From: Myxococcales bacterium
Lineage (GTDB): Bacteria; Myxococcota_A; Polyangia; Polyangiales; DASUME01
NCBI GenBank assembly: GCA_047601445.1
Contig: JASGJH010000001.1
Span: 3,680,001 to 3,744,000 of the forward strand
DNA length: 64,000 nt
Reading direction: 5' to 3'
Numbering within the stretch: position 1 is the first letter of the stretch; the number at the start of each line of letters is the position of its first letter. Shown in pieces: positions 49,984 through 59,912 of the stretch. The notes beneath the pieces are model-generated. The model was not told where the DNA came from. It saw only the letters and a program-made list of their open reading frames with translations, and made no database searches. The translations under genes were made by a program, and so were the position numbers.

Positions 49984-50274
49984 GGAAACCTCGCGTCCTG
50001 CGCAGACCGTGTCGGTCTGACGAGCCTTACGCTCGAAACAAGCCTGCAAGTCGGGGGCCAGCTCGCGCGGCCTCTCGGACACGTGCGGGCACCGCGTGCC
50101 GCGGGACCTAAGTCCGCTCGAAGAGGCGGTTTTGCTCGAGCCAGACGAGTTTCTGCCGCCTCCTACCGGGTCGAAGCCGCGGGCGTTCAGGTCGCAGCCG
50201 GCTCGCACGAATGCCTCGCCTCGCGCGCTTGCCGCACTGGAGACGACGCCGCGCCGGCTGGACGCGCACTGGGC

Positions 50275-51330
50275 TCACTTGGTGGACAGCGGGTGCTGTC
50301 GAAAGAAACTCCAGATCACTTCGCTGGCGGAGAAGGTGGTGCTCTGGGGGCCATTGGCCGGGCACTCCACGAGCCCTGCCGGCGGATCGCCGCCGGGCCA
50401 GCTGTGGCCGCCACCTGTGATGGAGCACAACGTCACGTCGGCTCCGAAGACACATCCCCCGTAGGTCTCGCAGCTGCCGTCGCCCTGCTGGAAGGTGACG
50501 GTCTTGGCGCTGCTGCAGCCGTTGCGCAGACGCCAGGCCTCCATGGTGGCGGGGACAGACGGAAACGCCACGCCCGCCGGCCCGCAGCCCTCGCCGCCGT
50601 CGTAGGGCACGTGGCCGTCGGCGGTGCCGTGAATCTGCAGGACCGCGAGCGGGCGCTTGGGCACGCAGGACGCCGTCATGTTGGTGCCGGACACGGGGGC
50701 TATCGCGGCGATACGGTCCGAGAGCTCACACGCCAAGCGGTGGGACATGATGCCGCCGTTCGACATGCCGGCCGCGAAGATGCGCTGGCGATCGATGCAC
50801 AGAGTCTGCTCCAGATGATCGAGCAACGCGGCTACGAAGCCCACGTCGTCGACGTCTTCGCTCACCGCCGAGCCACAGCAGCCTCCGCCGTTCCAGGTCT
50901 TGATGGCCCCGGTACCGTCGGGGTAGACGCTGAGGAAACTCTCACGGTCCGCCACCGCGTCCATGCGCGCCGAGTTCAGCTCGAACTGCCGGCCGCTGCC
51001 GCCGCCGCCGTGCAGCATCACCACCAGCGCCGCCGGTCGGTCGGCCCGATAGCCAGGTGGCACGTGCACGCGAAAGCTGCGAGCGAGCCCGTCGTGCTCG
51101 AGCTCTCCCATCTGGGTTCCCGCGGCGTAGGTCGGGGCCCCCTGCGCGTTGCAGCCTGCGCTGCTCTGTGGGGCGGCGCTGCCTTCGTCGTCGCCGTCGT
51201 CGACCCCGGCGTCCAGCCCGCCACCCGCCACGGGCAGCAGCGGCTCGCGCGCGTCATCGCTCGAACACGCCGATGCCCATGCCCCTGCCACGAGTGCCGC
51301 GAAAAGGGGCGCGCCCCAGCTCCTGGCCAC
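50275..51330 (-). CDS. PHB depolymerase/LpqC family esterase lipoprotein
   Basis: LHGGGG, WNGG.CCG, DDVGF, GMSNGG, HGTAD, GHSWPG. Confidence 0.9.
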   Translation of the reverse strand: MARSWGAPLFAALVAGAWASACSSDDAREPLLPVAGGGLDAGVDDGDDEGSAAPQSSAGCNAQGAPTYAAGTQMGELEHDGLARSFRVHVPPGYRADRPAALVVMLHGGGGSGRQFELNSARMDAVADRESFLSVYPDGTGAIKTWNGGGCCGSAVSEDVDDVGFVAALLDHLEQTLCIDRQRIFAAGMSNGGIMSHRLACELSDRIAAIAPVSGTNMTASCVPKRPLAVLQIHGTADGHVPYDGGEGCGPAGVAFPSVPATMEAWRLRNGCSSAKTVTFQQGDGSCETYGGCVFGADVTLCSITGGGHSWPGGDPPAGLVECPANGPQSTTFSASEVIWSFFRQHPLSTK

Positions 51331-51488
51331 GATGTTACTCCTGCTTCAGATGAGCCGACCTCGTACGCCGAGACAGGCATCTGAGGCCATTGTAGCGTCG
51401 CGCGCGCGGCGGGCCCCTCCATTGGAGGACGAGCCGGCACCGACGCGCCAGGCGGACCCCAAGGACGAGCGCAGACGAAGGGGCGGAG

Positions 51489-52340
51489 CTAGGCCGCCTT
51501 GGCCTCGACGAAGCGCTTCTTGTAGGCCTCGATGAGCGAGCTGTCGTCCTGCTGCCAGGGATGGAAGTTCGGGTGGAAGTAGGCGAGCCAGGCGGGCGCC
51601 AAATCGTAGAGCTTCACCTTGCTACCCCAGACCTGCACCAGGCCCTTCAGCCAGATGCTCGGCTTGTCGGCGAGCCCGTCGCGCTTCAGCAAGTAGTACT
51701 GGAACCAGTGGGCCGTCGCGAAGAGCCCGATGGTGGTGAACAACAAGGCCATCACGCGCGGCAGGTAGTCTCCGTAGACCTCCTGATAGGCGTCGAACGC
51801 CACCGCCTTGTGCTCCATCTCCTCGATGGCGTGCCACAGCCACAGTGGCAGCACCTTCTCGTCGGCCAGCGCCTGCAGCTCGGGCTGCGTGAGCAACTTG
51901 TGTCCGAGGATGGCCGTCACGTGCTCCAGAGCCGCCGTCACGGCCAGCGACGTGCGCTTGTCACGCCGCGACTCGCGCTCCTTGATGCCCTCCTTGAGCC
52001 CCTGCTCGAGTTCCAGCACCGGATACCCGAACTTGGCGAGGGCGGTATTCAGGGCCGAGTGCTCCCGCGAGTGCAACGCCTCCTGCGCGAGGAAGCCCGT
52101 GATGTCCCGCCGCGTCTCCGGATTCTGCACCTGGTCACGCACGGCGCGCACGGCGTCCATGAACATGCGCTCGCCCGGAGGGAAGATCACGGAGAGCGCG
52201 TTCATGAAATGCGTGAGAAACGGATCGCCGTCGACCCAGTAGCGCGGGAGCCCGTCCTCCAAGCCGAAGGAGACGTTGCGCGGCTTCACGCTCACGGACT
52301 CGGGTTTCTTGGCGCGGGGGGTGAAGACGGCTCGAGGCAT
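51489..52340 (-). CDS. Predicted metal-dependent hydrolase (COG3687-like, ferritin-like)
   Basis: FPPGE..F, QEALHSREH, ALEHVTA, WHAIEEMEHKAVAFD. Confidence 0.9.
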   Translation of the reverse strand: MPRAVFTPRAKKPESVSVKPRNVSFGLEDGLPRYWVDGDPFLTHFMNALSVIFPPGERMFMDAVRAVRDQVQNPETRRDITGFLAQEALHSREHSALNTALAKFGYPVLELEQGLKEGIKERESRRDKRTSLAVTAALEHVTAILGHKLLTQPELQALADEKVLPLWLWHAIEEMEHKAVAFDAYQEVYGDYLPRVMALLFTTIGLFATAHWFQYYLLKRDGLADKPSIWLKGLVQVWGSKVKLYDLAPAWLAYFHPNFHPWQQDDSSLIEAYKKRFVEAKAA

Positions 52341-52471
52341 GCCGTGGTTCTACTACGGGCCCGCGTGAGCAGGGTTAGCGCAATGTGCCATCCGTTTAGC
52401 GGATACAGCCAAAGTGGCGCGCTGTGCGCAGCTTACGGGGCTCCCTGTGGCGAGCCAGCTAGGATGCTGGG

Positions 52472-53419
52472 GTGCTCCACACCTCCCGAAACGAAGTCAG
52501 TTTTTTGTGCCACGGCGAACGCATTCAGGCCTGGCACTACCCTGCCCAGTCCACGCGTCTAACCCAAGCCGGGGGTACGCCCGCCTTGGTGATGGCGCAC
52601 GGGCTGTCGATGACCCGCGACAGCGGCCTTCCGCAGTACGCGGAGCGCTTTGCGGCCGCCGGCCTGCACGTGGTGGTGTTCGACTATCGCTGCTTCGGCG
52701 GCAGTGAGGGCACGCCGCGCGAGCTGGTCTCGGCGCACAAGCAGGTGCAGGACTACCACGCGGCCCTGGCCTTCACACGCGGCCTACCTGGCGTGGATAC
52801 GGAACGCGTCGCGCTCTGGGGCACGTCCTACTCGGGCGGAGTCGCCACGCAATGCGCCTACGAGGATGCGCGCGTGCGCGCGCTGGTGTTGCAGGTGCCC
52901 AACCTCGACAACGCCGCCACTGCCGTGTTCATGGCCCTTCATCTGACGCGCACGGCGCCGCTGCGCGGACTCTGGCTGTGCGCGCAGGCCGTGCGCGACA
53001 CGGCCGCGGCGCTGTTCGGTACCTCGCCGGTGTACGTGAGGGCCATGGGCGCGAAAGGAGCTGGCGCTGCCTACGAGAACGACGAGGCGGCGGGTCACGT
53101 GGAAGCCATCCGTGGACCGAGCTGGCAGAACCGCATCGCCCTGCGCGACTTCACGCGCCTGCCCCTGTTCCGCCCCATCAAACACGCAAAGCAACTGCCC
53201 TGTCGGGTGTTCGTGGTGGCCGCGGAGCGCGATGATCTCACGCCGGTGGCACCCGCGCTGCGGCTCGCCAAGTTGCTCGGTGAGCGGGCCGAGCTCCATC
53301 GCTACCCGGTGGGGCACTTCGCCGTCTACACGGGAGAGCTGTTCACCGAAGTGGTCGCGAAGCAGACAGCGTTCCTGGTGAAAGAGCTCGGCGGCCCCCA
53401 GGTGCTCCAGGTGGCCTGA
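52472..53419 (+). CDS. Alpha/beta hydrolase
   Basis: MAHG, FDYR.FG.SEG.PR, WGTSYSGG, GHF. Confidence 0.88.
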   Translation: MLHTSRNEVSFLCHGERIQAWHYPAQSTRLTQAGGTPALVMAHGLSMTRDSGLPQYAERFAAAGLHVVVFDYRCFGGSEGTPRELVSAHKQVQDYHAALAFTRGLPGVDTERVALWGTSYSGGVATQCAYEDARVRALVLQVPNLDNAATAVFMALHLTRTAPLRGLWLCAQAVRDTAAALFGTSPVYVRAMGAKGAGAAYENDEAAGHVEAIRGPSWQNRIALRDFTRLPLFRPIKHAKQLPCRVFVVAAERDDLTPVAPALRLAKLLGERAELHRYPVGHFAVYTGELFTEVVAKQTAFLVKELGGPQVLQVA

Positions 53420-53441
53420 GCCCCACGCTCACCGGGCGCGC

Positions 53442-54467
53442 TCACCAGGCGCCATCAATGTTCTTGATGAACTCGTACGGATAGCCGAGTTCGATGGCGC
53501 TCACGTTGTCGAGCTTGGCCAGCGCCTGCGCGGGGAGCTCGAGCTCACCCGCCGCCAGGTTCTCCTCGAGCTGCGCCACCGTGCGTGCGCCGAAGATCAC
53601 CGAGCACACCGCGGGACGCGACAACAGCCACGCTAGCGCCACCTGACTCGGTGCCTTGTCGACCTCCTTCGAGACCTCGAGCAGCGCCTCCACGATGGCC
53701 CAATTGCGCGGCGTGTCGAAGCCCTTGTAGCGGTCCTGCCACTTGGCGAGCCGCGAGCCTTCGGGTGCCGCTTGCCCCCGCCGATACTTGCCGGTGAGCA
53801 GGCCGGAAGCCAGCGGAGACCAGGGCAAGATGCCGAGCCCGAACTTGTGGCACAGCGGCACGTGCTCACGCTCGAGGGCGCGCGTGGCGAGGCTGTATTG
53901 AGCTTGCAGCGTGACGAAGCGATTGAGCCCACGCTTGTCGGCCACCCAGAGCGACTCCATGAGGCGATAGGCGGCGTAGTTGGAGGCGCCGAAGTAGACG
54001 ATCTTGCCGGCTCGGGTAGCGTCGTCGAGCGCGCGCAGCAGCTCCTCCTCGGGCGTGCGCAGGTCCTGCATGTGGATTTGATAGAGGTCGATGCGATCGG
54101 TCCCCAGGCGTGCGAGGCTCGCATCGATGGCGCGCGTGATGCGCATGCGCGATGCGCCCGTCCCGTTCGGACCAGGCGCCATGCGGAAGCGGCCCTTGGT
54201 GGCCACCACCACGCGCTCGCGCGCTTTACGCGCCGCGAGCCAGCGCCCGAAGACGCGCTCGGACAGACCGTCCTGGCCGTAGACGTCGGCTGTGTCGACG
54301 AAATTGATGCCTGCGTCGAGCGCTCGATCGAGGACCGCGAAGCTCTCCGCTTCGTCGGAGCCCACCTTGTGCATGAAGGACTTCTCGTCCGCCTCGCCGA
54401 ACGTCATGGCGCCCAGGCAGAGCACGGAGACTTGCGTACCGGTTTGACCAAGTTGGCGATATTTCAT
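53442..54467 (-). CDS. Aldo/keto reductase
   Basis: LCLGAMTFG, DTADVY, ATK, DLYQIH, WSPLASGLLTGKY. Confidence 0.95.
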   Translation of the reverse strand: MKYRQLGQTGTQVSVLCLGAMTFGEADEKSFMHKVGSDEAESFAVLDRALDAGINFVDTADVYGQDGLSERVFGRWLAARKARERVVVATKGRFRMAPGPNGTGASRMRITRAIDASLARLGTDRIDLYQIHMQDLRTPEEELLRALDDATRAGKIVYFGASNYAAYRLMESLWVADKRGLNRFVTLQAQYSLATRALEREHVPLCHKFGLGILPWSPLASGLLTGKYRRGQAAPEGSRLAKWQDRYKGFDTPRNWAIVEALLEVSKEVDKAPSQVALAWLLSRPAVCSVIFGARTVAQLEENLAAGELELPAQALAKLDNVSAIELGYPYEFIKNIDGAW

Positions 54468-54565
54468 CGCAGGAGCTTACCTCCGGCCGGGACGCTCGGC
54501 CCGCGACTCCGCACCGAGCTCGGCGCCTGCTAGAGTCGCTCGAACCACTGGCTCGAGGTGCAACG

Positions 54566-55090
54566 ATGGCGGTGTTCGTGGCGCTCCTGCGCGCCCTCAA
54601 TGTGGGCGGCAACATGCTCTCCATGGAAGATCTCGCGGCGTGTTGCGTGGAAGCGGGCTTTGGCGCGCCCAAGACCTACATCCGCAGCGGCAACGTGGTG
54701 TTCACGAGCAAGCTCGGCGAGGCCAAGGTAAAGGCCGCCCTGGAGCGCCAGCTCGCCGAGCACATGGGCAAGCCCATCGGCGTGCACGTGCGCACCGCGG
54801 ACGAGCTCGAACAGGCCCTCGAGCGCAATCCGTTCCGGGACGCGGCCCCTGCCCGCGTGGTGATCATGTTCATGGATCATCCCGTGCTCAAGAAGGCCAT
54901 CGGCGAGCTCAAGATCCCGGGCCGCGAGCAGGTCGAGACCCACGGGCGCGAGGTCTTCATTCACTACGTCGACGGGATCGGAGACTCGAAGCTCAAGCTA
55001 CCCTTCGCCAGCCAGGGCACGGGCCGCAACGTGAACACCACGGGCAAGCTGCTCAGCATGGCCCGCGCTCGCGAGCTCACCAAGGCCTGA
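54566..55090 (+). CDS. DUF1697 family protein
   Basis: ALLRALNVGG, TYIRSGNVVF, T.RN.NT. Confidence 0.9.
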   Translation: MAVFVALLRALNVGGNMLSMEDLAACCVEAGFGAPKTYIRSGNVVFTSKLGEAKVKAALERQLAEHMGKPIGVHVRTADELEQALERNPFRDAAPARVVIMFMDHPVLKKAIGELKIPGREQVETHGREVFIHYVDGIGDSKLKLPFASQGTGRNVNTTGKLLSMARARELTKA

Positions 55091-55120
55091 CGCTCGCGCA
55101 AGCACGCGGAGAACGAGCGC

Positions 55121-56545
55121 TCACCAGGGCACGAGATCGGGCGCGTAGGCGTTGTTGCCGTAGGCCGCGCAGAACGCGGTCTCGTCTCCCTTGTACTTCG
55201 GATCGCCCTTGATCACCGCGGGTCGCACCGCGTCCCAGAGCTTGCCCGAGGGATTGGCGTTGTTGCGCAGCTCGAGCGAGATGCCCTGATCGATGGTGAG
55301 ATCCATGCCTACCACCACCATGTCGAGCCCGCGGTGCACCTGAATGACCTGCCCACCGAGTCCGATCGCCTGCCACACGCCGACGTCGAAGTCCTGCTCG
55401 CAGGAGCGCGCCACGCCGTAGAGGCAATCGGGTGCCTCGCCGTGCGGATAGGCGTTCCACAGCGACACGGGCGCACAGGGACCGGGGTTGATCGCTCCGA
55501 GACCGGCCAGGTCGGGCACCGGCGTGCCGTCGGGAAGCTCCGTGAGACCGATGTGCCAGCCAGCGGTGGCGTTGAGCCAGGTGAGATAGCCGTAGCCGGT
55601 GTTGGCGTCTTCGAAGGAGGGATGACTCATGCGGTAGATCCAATCGGATGCGAGCAGGCGCTCGTCTCCCCACTTGCCACCGCGCAACATCAGCTGCCCG
55701 ATCTTGCCCATGTCGAAGACATCGGACATCCAGCCGAAGCCGAGCACCTTCTTGGGATTGCCCGGGATCCAGAACGAGTTCGCCATGCCGAGCTTGTCGA
55801 ACAGAAACTTCTGCGCGAAGGCGTCCAGGTCGCCCAGCCGCTCGGCGTCCTGGGCGAGCGCCGCGTTCATCACGTCGGAGAGGGTGTTGATCTGCACGCT
55901 GCCCACGGTGTCGTAGGACATCTGGCGCTGGCCGTAGGCCAGGTTCGGGTTGTGGGCGATCATGGCGAGGACGTGCGCGATCAGCGCGTCCTTGTTGTAG
56001 GTGAAGCCCGTGATCCAGCGGTCCACGCGGTCTTGATCGCTGAGCGCCTTGGGTAGCTCCCGCGTCTCATAGGCGACCATGCCGAGCGTCAGGGCGCCGA
56101 GCGTCTTGGTGGCCGACCAGGCATTGCGCACCTCCATGCCCTCCGCCATGTAGTCGTGACAAAGCTTGCCATAGCGAAATACCGCCCAGGGCTTCGCGAG
56201 CATGGTGTCCGCTGCCGCTAGCGCCTCCGGATCGAGGCGGCACTTCTCCAGCACCTGCTCCTCGGGCACCTTCTCCCAGGGCATGGGTCCTGGACTCCAG
56301 GGCTTCTCGGGCATGCTGGCGTCAGCGCCCGCGTCATCCCCCGCGTCGCTGTCATCGCCGTGGTGGAGCGGTGGCTTCGGGCCCGCATCGCGCGGCGCCG
56401 CGTCCGCAGCGCTCGCGTCGTCGCCTGCGTCCTCGACGGTCGCATCCGCCTGTACATCACGGGCCCCCTTGCTCGAGCCGCCATCGCAAGCAGCCACACA
56501 TGTCACGACACCGGCAAGCACACACAGCGAGAGCGGTCGCGCCAT
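55121..56545 (-). CDS. Serine hydrolase / beta-lactamase-like lipoprotein
   Basis: VAAC lipobox; WSATK (SxxK), LFDKLGM, YGYLTWLN, AIGLGGQ. Confidence 0.8.
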   Translation of the reverse strand: MARPLSLCVLAGVVTCVAACDGGSSKGARDVQADATVEDAGDDASAADAAPRDAGPKPPLHHGDDSDAGDDAGADASMPEKPWSPGPMPWEKVPEEQVLEKCRLDPEALAAADTMLAKPWAVFRYGKLCHDYMAEGMEVRNAWSATKTLGALTLGMVAYETRELPKALSDQDRVDRWITGFTYNKDALIAHVLAMIAHNPNLAYGQRQMSYDTVGSVQINTLSDVMNAALAQDAERLGDLDAFAQKFLFDKLGMANSFWIPGNPKKVLGFGWMSDVFDMGKIGQLMLRGGKWGDERLLASDWIYRMSHPSFEDANTGYGYLTWLNATAGWHIGLTELPDGTPVPDLAGLGAINPGPCAPVSLWNAYPHGEAPDCLYGVARSCEQDFDVGVWQAIGLGGQVIQVHRGLDMVVVGMDLTIDQGISLELRNNANPSGKLWDAVRPAVIKGDPKYKGDETAFCAAYGNNAYAPDLVPW

Positions 56546-56631
56546 CAGGACTCCAGGGCGCCGACCGTAACACGGCGGGCTCCCGGCATCGTGTGACCTA
56601 AGGGGACGAATAATTTGGCATTGCAGTCTCC

Positions 56632-57087
56632 TCAATGCGGTCGGGCGCAGTAGGAGCCACCGTGCTCGAAGAGCTGCGTACACAGGTAGCCATCCGGACA
56701 CTCACAGCGACCGCTCTGGTCCTTGGGGCCGTCGCAGCGGCAGCTGCAATAGGAGCCCTGGTCGAGCTGGGCCTGCGTAAGGCAACCCGCCGGCTGCCCG
56801 TGCTCGTCGCACAGCACGTCCGGGTTTGCAGGGATCGCGCCGTTGGTGCCGTTGTCCAGGTTCTTCACGAGGCACGACTTCTCGCACTGACTCGACTTGC
56901 TATCGAGGTACGACTCGTGCAGGTCGAAGCCGCACACGCCGTTCGCACACGGCGCTTTGATGGTGCAGGGTGTACCAACGTCAGTCACTTTGTCGCACGC
57001 GCCCATCGACGCCATCAGCAGGGCCCAGCTCAGGCCGAGCAGCCGACGTCGGAGACTGCTCTCGAAGTTCGTCGTATCCTTGCTCAT
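56632..57087 (-). CDS. Cys-rich lipoprotein, CglC-like
   Basis: MGAC lipobox; DVGTPC...QCE..CLV...YCSCRC...CPDGYLC; AAGGA RBS. Confidence 0.6.
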   Translation of the reverse strand: MSKDTTNFESSLRRRLLGLSWALLMASMGACDKVTDVGTPCTIKAPCANGVCGFDLHESYLDSKSSQCEKSCLVKNLDNGTNGAIPANPDVLCDEHGQPAGCLTQAQLDQGSYCSCRCDGPKDQSGRCECPDGYLCTQLFEHGGSYCARPH

Positions 57088-57172
57088 GGTCGTGCGTCCT
57101 TTCGTGATCGCACAAGCACAGGGCCGCGCGAAAAACCAAACGGCTCATCGCATCACCCCCCTTGAGTTCTCG

Positions 57173-57595
57173 ATGCCCCAACGCAAGCAACCGCGCCGCG
57201 CCACAGTTTCACGCGTTGATCGTTCTCGATCGCGCGAGCTTGGAGCGCCGCGCAAGGCGCCTGAACTCGCCGCCGCGCAAGACACCATGAGCGCCATCTA
57301 CGAGGTCGTCCGCGCGATCCCACGCGGCAAGGTCGCCACCTACGGACAGATCGCGGAGCTCGCAGGCATCCCACGCGGTCATCGCATTGCGGCGCGCGCG
57401 CTGCGCGTGTGCCCGAGCAAGCTGCCGTGGCATCGCGTGGTCGGAAAGAAAGACGCGCGACGCGCGCAGATCAGCGTTCAGGATCCGGAACACGCTGCGC
57501 TGCAACGCAAGCGATTGCTCGGCGAGGGTGTTCGGTTCGATGAGAATGGTCTCATCTTGCTGCGTCACTCGGGTTGGTTGCCGCACGGCGCGTGA
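57173..57595 (+). CDS. Alkyltransferase-like (ATL/YbaZ, MGMT family) protein
   Basis: IPRGKVATYGQIAELAG; LPWHRVV with Trp in place of the catalytic Cys. Confidence 0.9.
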   Translation: MPQRKQPRRATVSRVDRSRSRELGAPRKAPELAAAQDTMSAIYEVVRAIPRGKVATYGQIAELAGIPRGHRIAARALRVCPSKLPWHRVVGKKDARRAQISVQDPEHAALQRKRLLGEGVRFDENGLILLRHSGWLPHGA

Positions 57596-57757
57596 ACTCG
57601 CGCATGATCGCGCTTCGCGCGCGCACTACCCGATCGGGTAGTCTCGCTAAGAAATTCGAGAAAAACGCGGAGAATTCGGCGAATAAAACATGACAAGAGA
57701 GCACTGGAAAGCGAACACTTAGGACGTAAAGTTCAAGCAATCCGAAGAGAACTTGCA

Positions 57758-57770
57758 TGAACATTGTTCA
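57758..57770. promoter_or_regulatory. Palindromic operator candidate upstream of TetR
   Basis: TGAACA-T-TGTTCA in an AT-rich intergenic stretch. Confidence 0.5.
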
Positions 57771-57821
57771 AGGAATTCCTTCGCTGCGGTCCTTTGGTTC
57801 ACAATCCCATCTCGGTAGCTT

Positions 57822-58553
57822 ATGAGCGAGATCAAGGAGCGCGAGCCAAGCCCGAGCGTGCTGGCAAAGCGTGCTGAAAAGAAAGAGAAGTATGTGTCCG
57901 CCGCGCGCGAACTCATCGGCCAACACGGGCTAGCCGAAGCGAGTGTCCACGGCCTCGCGCGCAAGCTTGGACTCTCACCAGCCGCTCTCTACTGGTACTT
58001 CCCGTCACGCGAAGCGCTGATCGGCGAAGTGCAGCGACGCGTGTTCGCAGAGCTCGCCCAGGAGTTCCACGCGCACGGCGCCAAGCTCGTGGCCGCCTGC
58101 AAGCAGCACGACTCGGATCCCGCCACGGCGAGTCTCACCGTGTTGTTGGGCTTAGCTCACTACTACCTCGGCATGCCCGAGCGAAATCCGGAGCAGGCCC
58201 GCGTCATCGGGTTCTCGCTCGATCCGCGCGTGTGGCTCGACGCCGAAGAGGGCGCGCTGTTTGCGCCAGTGTTGGTGAACCTGTTTCGCGAAGTAGCCAT
58301 CCCGTTCCAGCAAGCCGCCGATGCCGGCGCGCTGCAGCCTGGCCCCGCCAACACGCGCGCAGTGCAGTTCTGGGCGGCGCTCCAAGGCCTGATTCAGGCG
58401 GGTAAGCTCGGTCGATTGGCCCCCACCTTGTTCGAGTCCTACACGCTCGGCATGAACAGCGCCGAGACCTTGCTCGTGGGCTGGGGAGCGCAGCGCGAAG
58501 CCGTGATGCGCGCGCGCTCACTTTGGTCCGAGCTCACTCTAGCCTTGCGCTGA
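57822..58553 (+). CDS. TetR family regulator
   Basis: LARKLGLSPAALYWYFPSREAL. Confidence 0.9.
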   Translation: MSEIKEREPSPSVLAKRAEKKEKYVSAARELIGQHGLAEASVHGLARKLGLSPAALYWYFPSREALIGEVQRRVFAELAQEFHAHGAKLVAACKQHDSDPATASLTVLLGLAHYYLGMPERNPEQARVIGFSLDPRVWLDAEEGALFAPVLVNLFREVAIPFQQAADAGALQPGPANTRAVQFWAALQGLIQAGKLGRLAPTLFESYTLGMNSAETLLVGWGAQREAVMRARSLWSELTLALR

Positions 58554-59337
58554 CTCGGTCAGCCGCTGCTAGCTCGATCCACGCGGGCGCGTGATCGCTC
58601 GCGCCTTCGAGGGCGCGTTCGGCGTGTTCCACGCCACCCGACACCAGGCGCGGTGCGAGCGCGGGGCTCAGCAGGAAGTGATCGATGCGCAGGCCGTGCC
58701 CGCGCTCCCAGCCGAAGCGCTTGTAGTCCCAGAACGTGTAGAGGGGCTCGTCCGGGTGCAGCGAGTGCAACGCATCGGTGTAGCCCAGGTCGAGCAAGCG
58801 TCGAAAGCGCGCGCGGGGCTCGGGCTGTACGAGCGCATCGTTCCTCCACGACGACTTCGACGCGTACATATCACGCTCGGTGGGCACCACGTTGTAGTCG
58901 CCCGCCAACACCACGGGCACCTTGGCCGCGAGGAGCGCCTGCGCGTGCGCATGCAAGCGTTGCAACCAGGCGAGCTTGTAGTCGAAGCGCGGTCCAGGTT
59001 GAGGGTTGCCGTTGGGTGCGTAGAGACAGCCGATGAGCACACCGGCCACGGCGGCCTCGATGTAGCGTGGCTGCTTGTCTGAGGAGTCCCCGGGCAGCTC
59101 GCGACGCGTGATCAACGGTTCGCCGTCCCGCGTCAGCACGGCCACACCGTTGTAGGATCCCTCGGCCACCCAGGCTGCGCCGTAGCCAGCCTCACGGAGG
59201 GCGGCGCTGGGAAAGCGCTTCGCGTCCGTCTTGAGCTCCTGCAAGCAAACGACGTCGGGCGCCGTACGCTCGAGCCACGACAGGAGGAGCGGCAGGCGAT
59301 TCACGACGCCATTGATGTTGTAGGTGACGATCTTCAC
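58534..59337 (-). CDS. xthA: Exodeoxyribonuclease III (AP endonuclease)
   Basis: TYNING, CLQELK, YNGVA, GDYN, GLRIDH.L, SDHAP. Confidence 0.93.
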   Translation of the reverse strand: MKIVTYNINGVVNRLPLLLSWLERTAPDVVCLQELKTDAKRFPSAALREAGYGAAWVAEGSYNGVAVLTRDGEPLITRRELPGDSSDKQPRYIEAAVAGVLIGCLYAPNGNPQPGPRFDYKLAWLQRLHAHAQALLAAKVPVVLAGDYNVVPTERDMYASKSSWRNDALVQPEPRARFRRLLDLGYTDALHSLHPDEPLYTFWDYKRFGWERGHGLRIDHFLLSPALAPRLVSGGVEHAERALEGASDHAPAWIELAAADRVSARLE

Positions 59338-59348
59338 GGCGCTCGGCT

Positions 59349-59696
59349 TCAGTCGGGCACCGCGGGAAGCGAGCCGTGGGCCGCCACCAGCTCCTCCGCC
59401 GTCAGGTTCCGCACGTCCGTCCAATAGCGGTGGGCCGCCACCAACTCTTCGTCCCAGTGCTCGAGGTCCCGGAACCCGGCCGGCAAGCCCGAGCTGCTGA
59501 TCACCACCGCCGAATAGTCGGGCTGCTGCGCGCGCCGCACGGGAGCGCGAGCCGCCTCGAGCAACGTCACGAACTCGGCCTCCGGACAACCACACAAGCG
59601 GCGCAGCTCTTCGAAGTCGACGATTTGGCCCGCGGAAGCGAAGGCCACCAGCATTCCCTGAAGGAAGGACACGCGGCGCGAATCGACGATGGTCAT
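59349..59696 (-). CDS. Hypothetical protein
   Basis: Compact ORF 11 nt upstream of xthA; PDYSAVV...GLP..GF motif. Confidence 0.6.
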   Translation of the reverse strand: MTIVDSRRVSFLQGMLVAFASAGQIVDFEELRRLCGCPEAEFVTLLEAARAPVRRAQQPDYSAVVISSSGLPAGFRDLEHWDEELVAAHRYWTDVRNLTAEELVAAHGSLPAVPD

Positions 59697-59745
59697 GGGC
59701 CCATGCTGGCAGAAGCCGCACGCGCAAGCCAGCGGAGCTGCCCTA

Positions 59746-59898
59746 GGGGTGTCCCCAATTCCGGTGCGCGTCAGGGCGCGGATTTCCGTCGCATCGCGAG
59801 CGCGCCCGCAGGCTCGACCTGAAGGTCGGGCCGAGGACGAACGCCGCGATGCGGCGGAAAGGCGCGACGCTGGCGTGCGCCGGAATTAGGGACGCCCC
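59746..59898. mobile_element. Palindromic MITE-like element
   Basis: About 53-bp imperfect terminal inverted repeats (ggggtgtccccaattccgg...ccggaattagggacgcccc), an internal hairpin and CTAG on both flanks. Confidence 0.6.
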
Positions 59899-59912
59899 GA
59901 CGCCCCCTAGCC

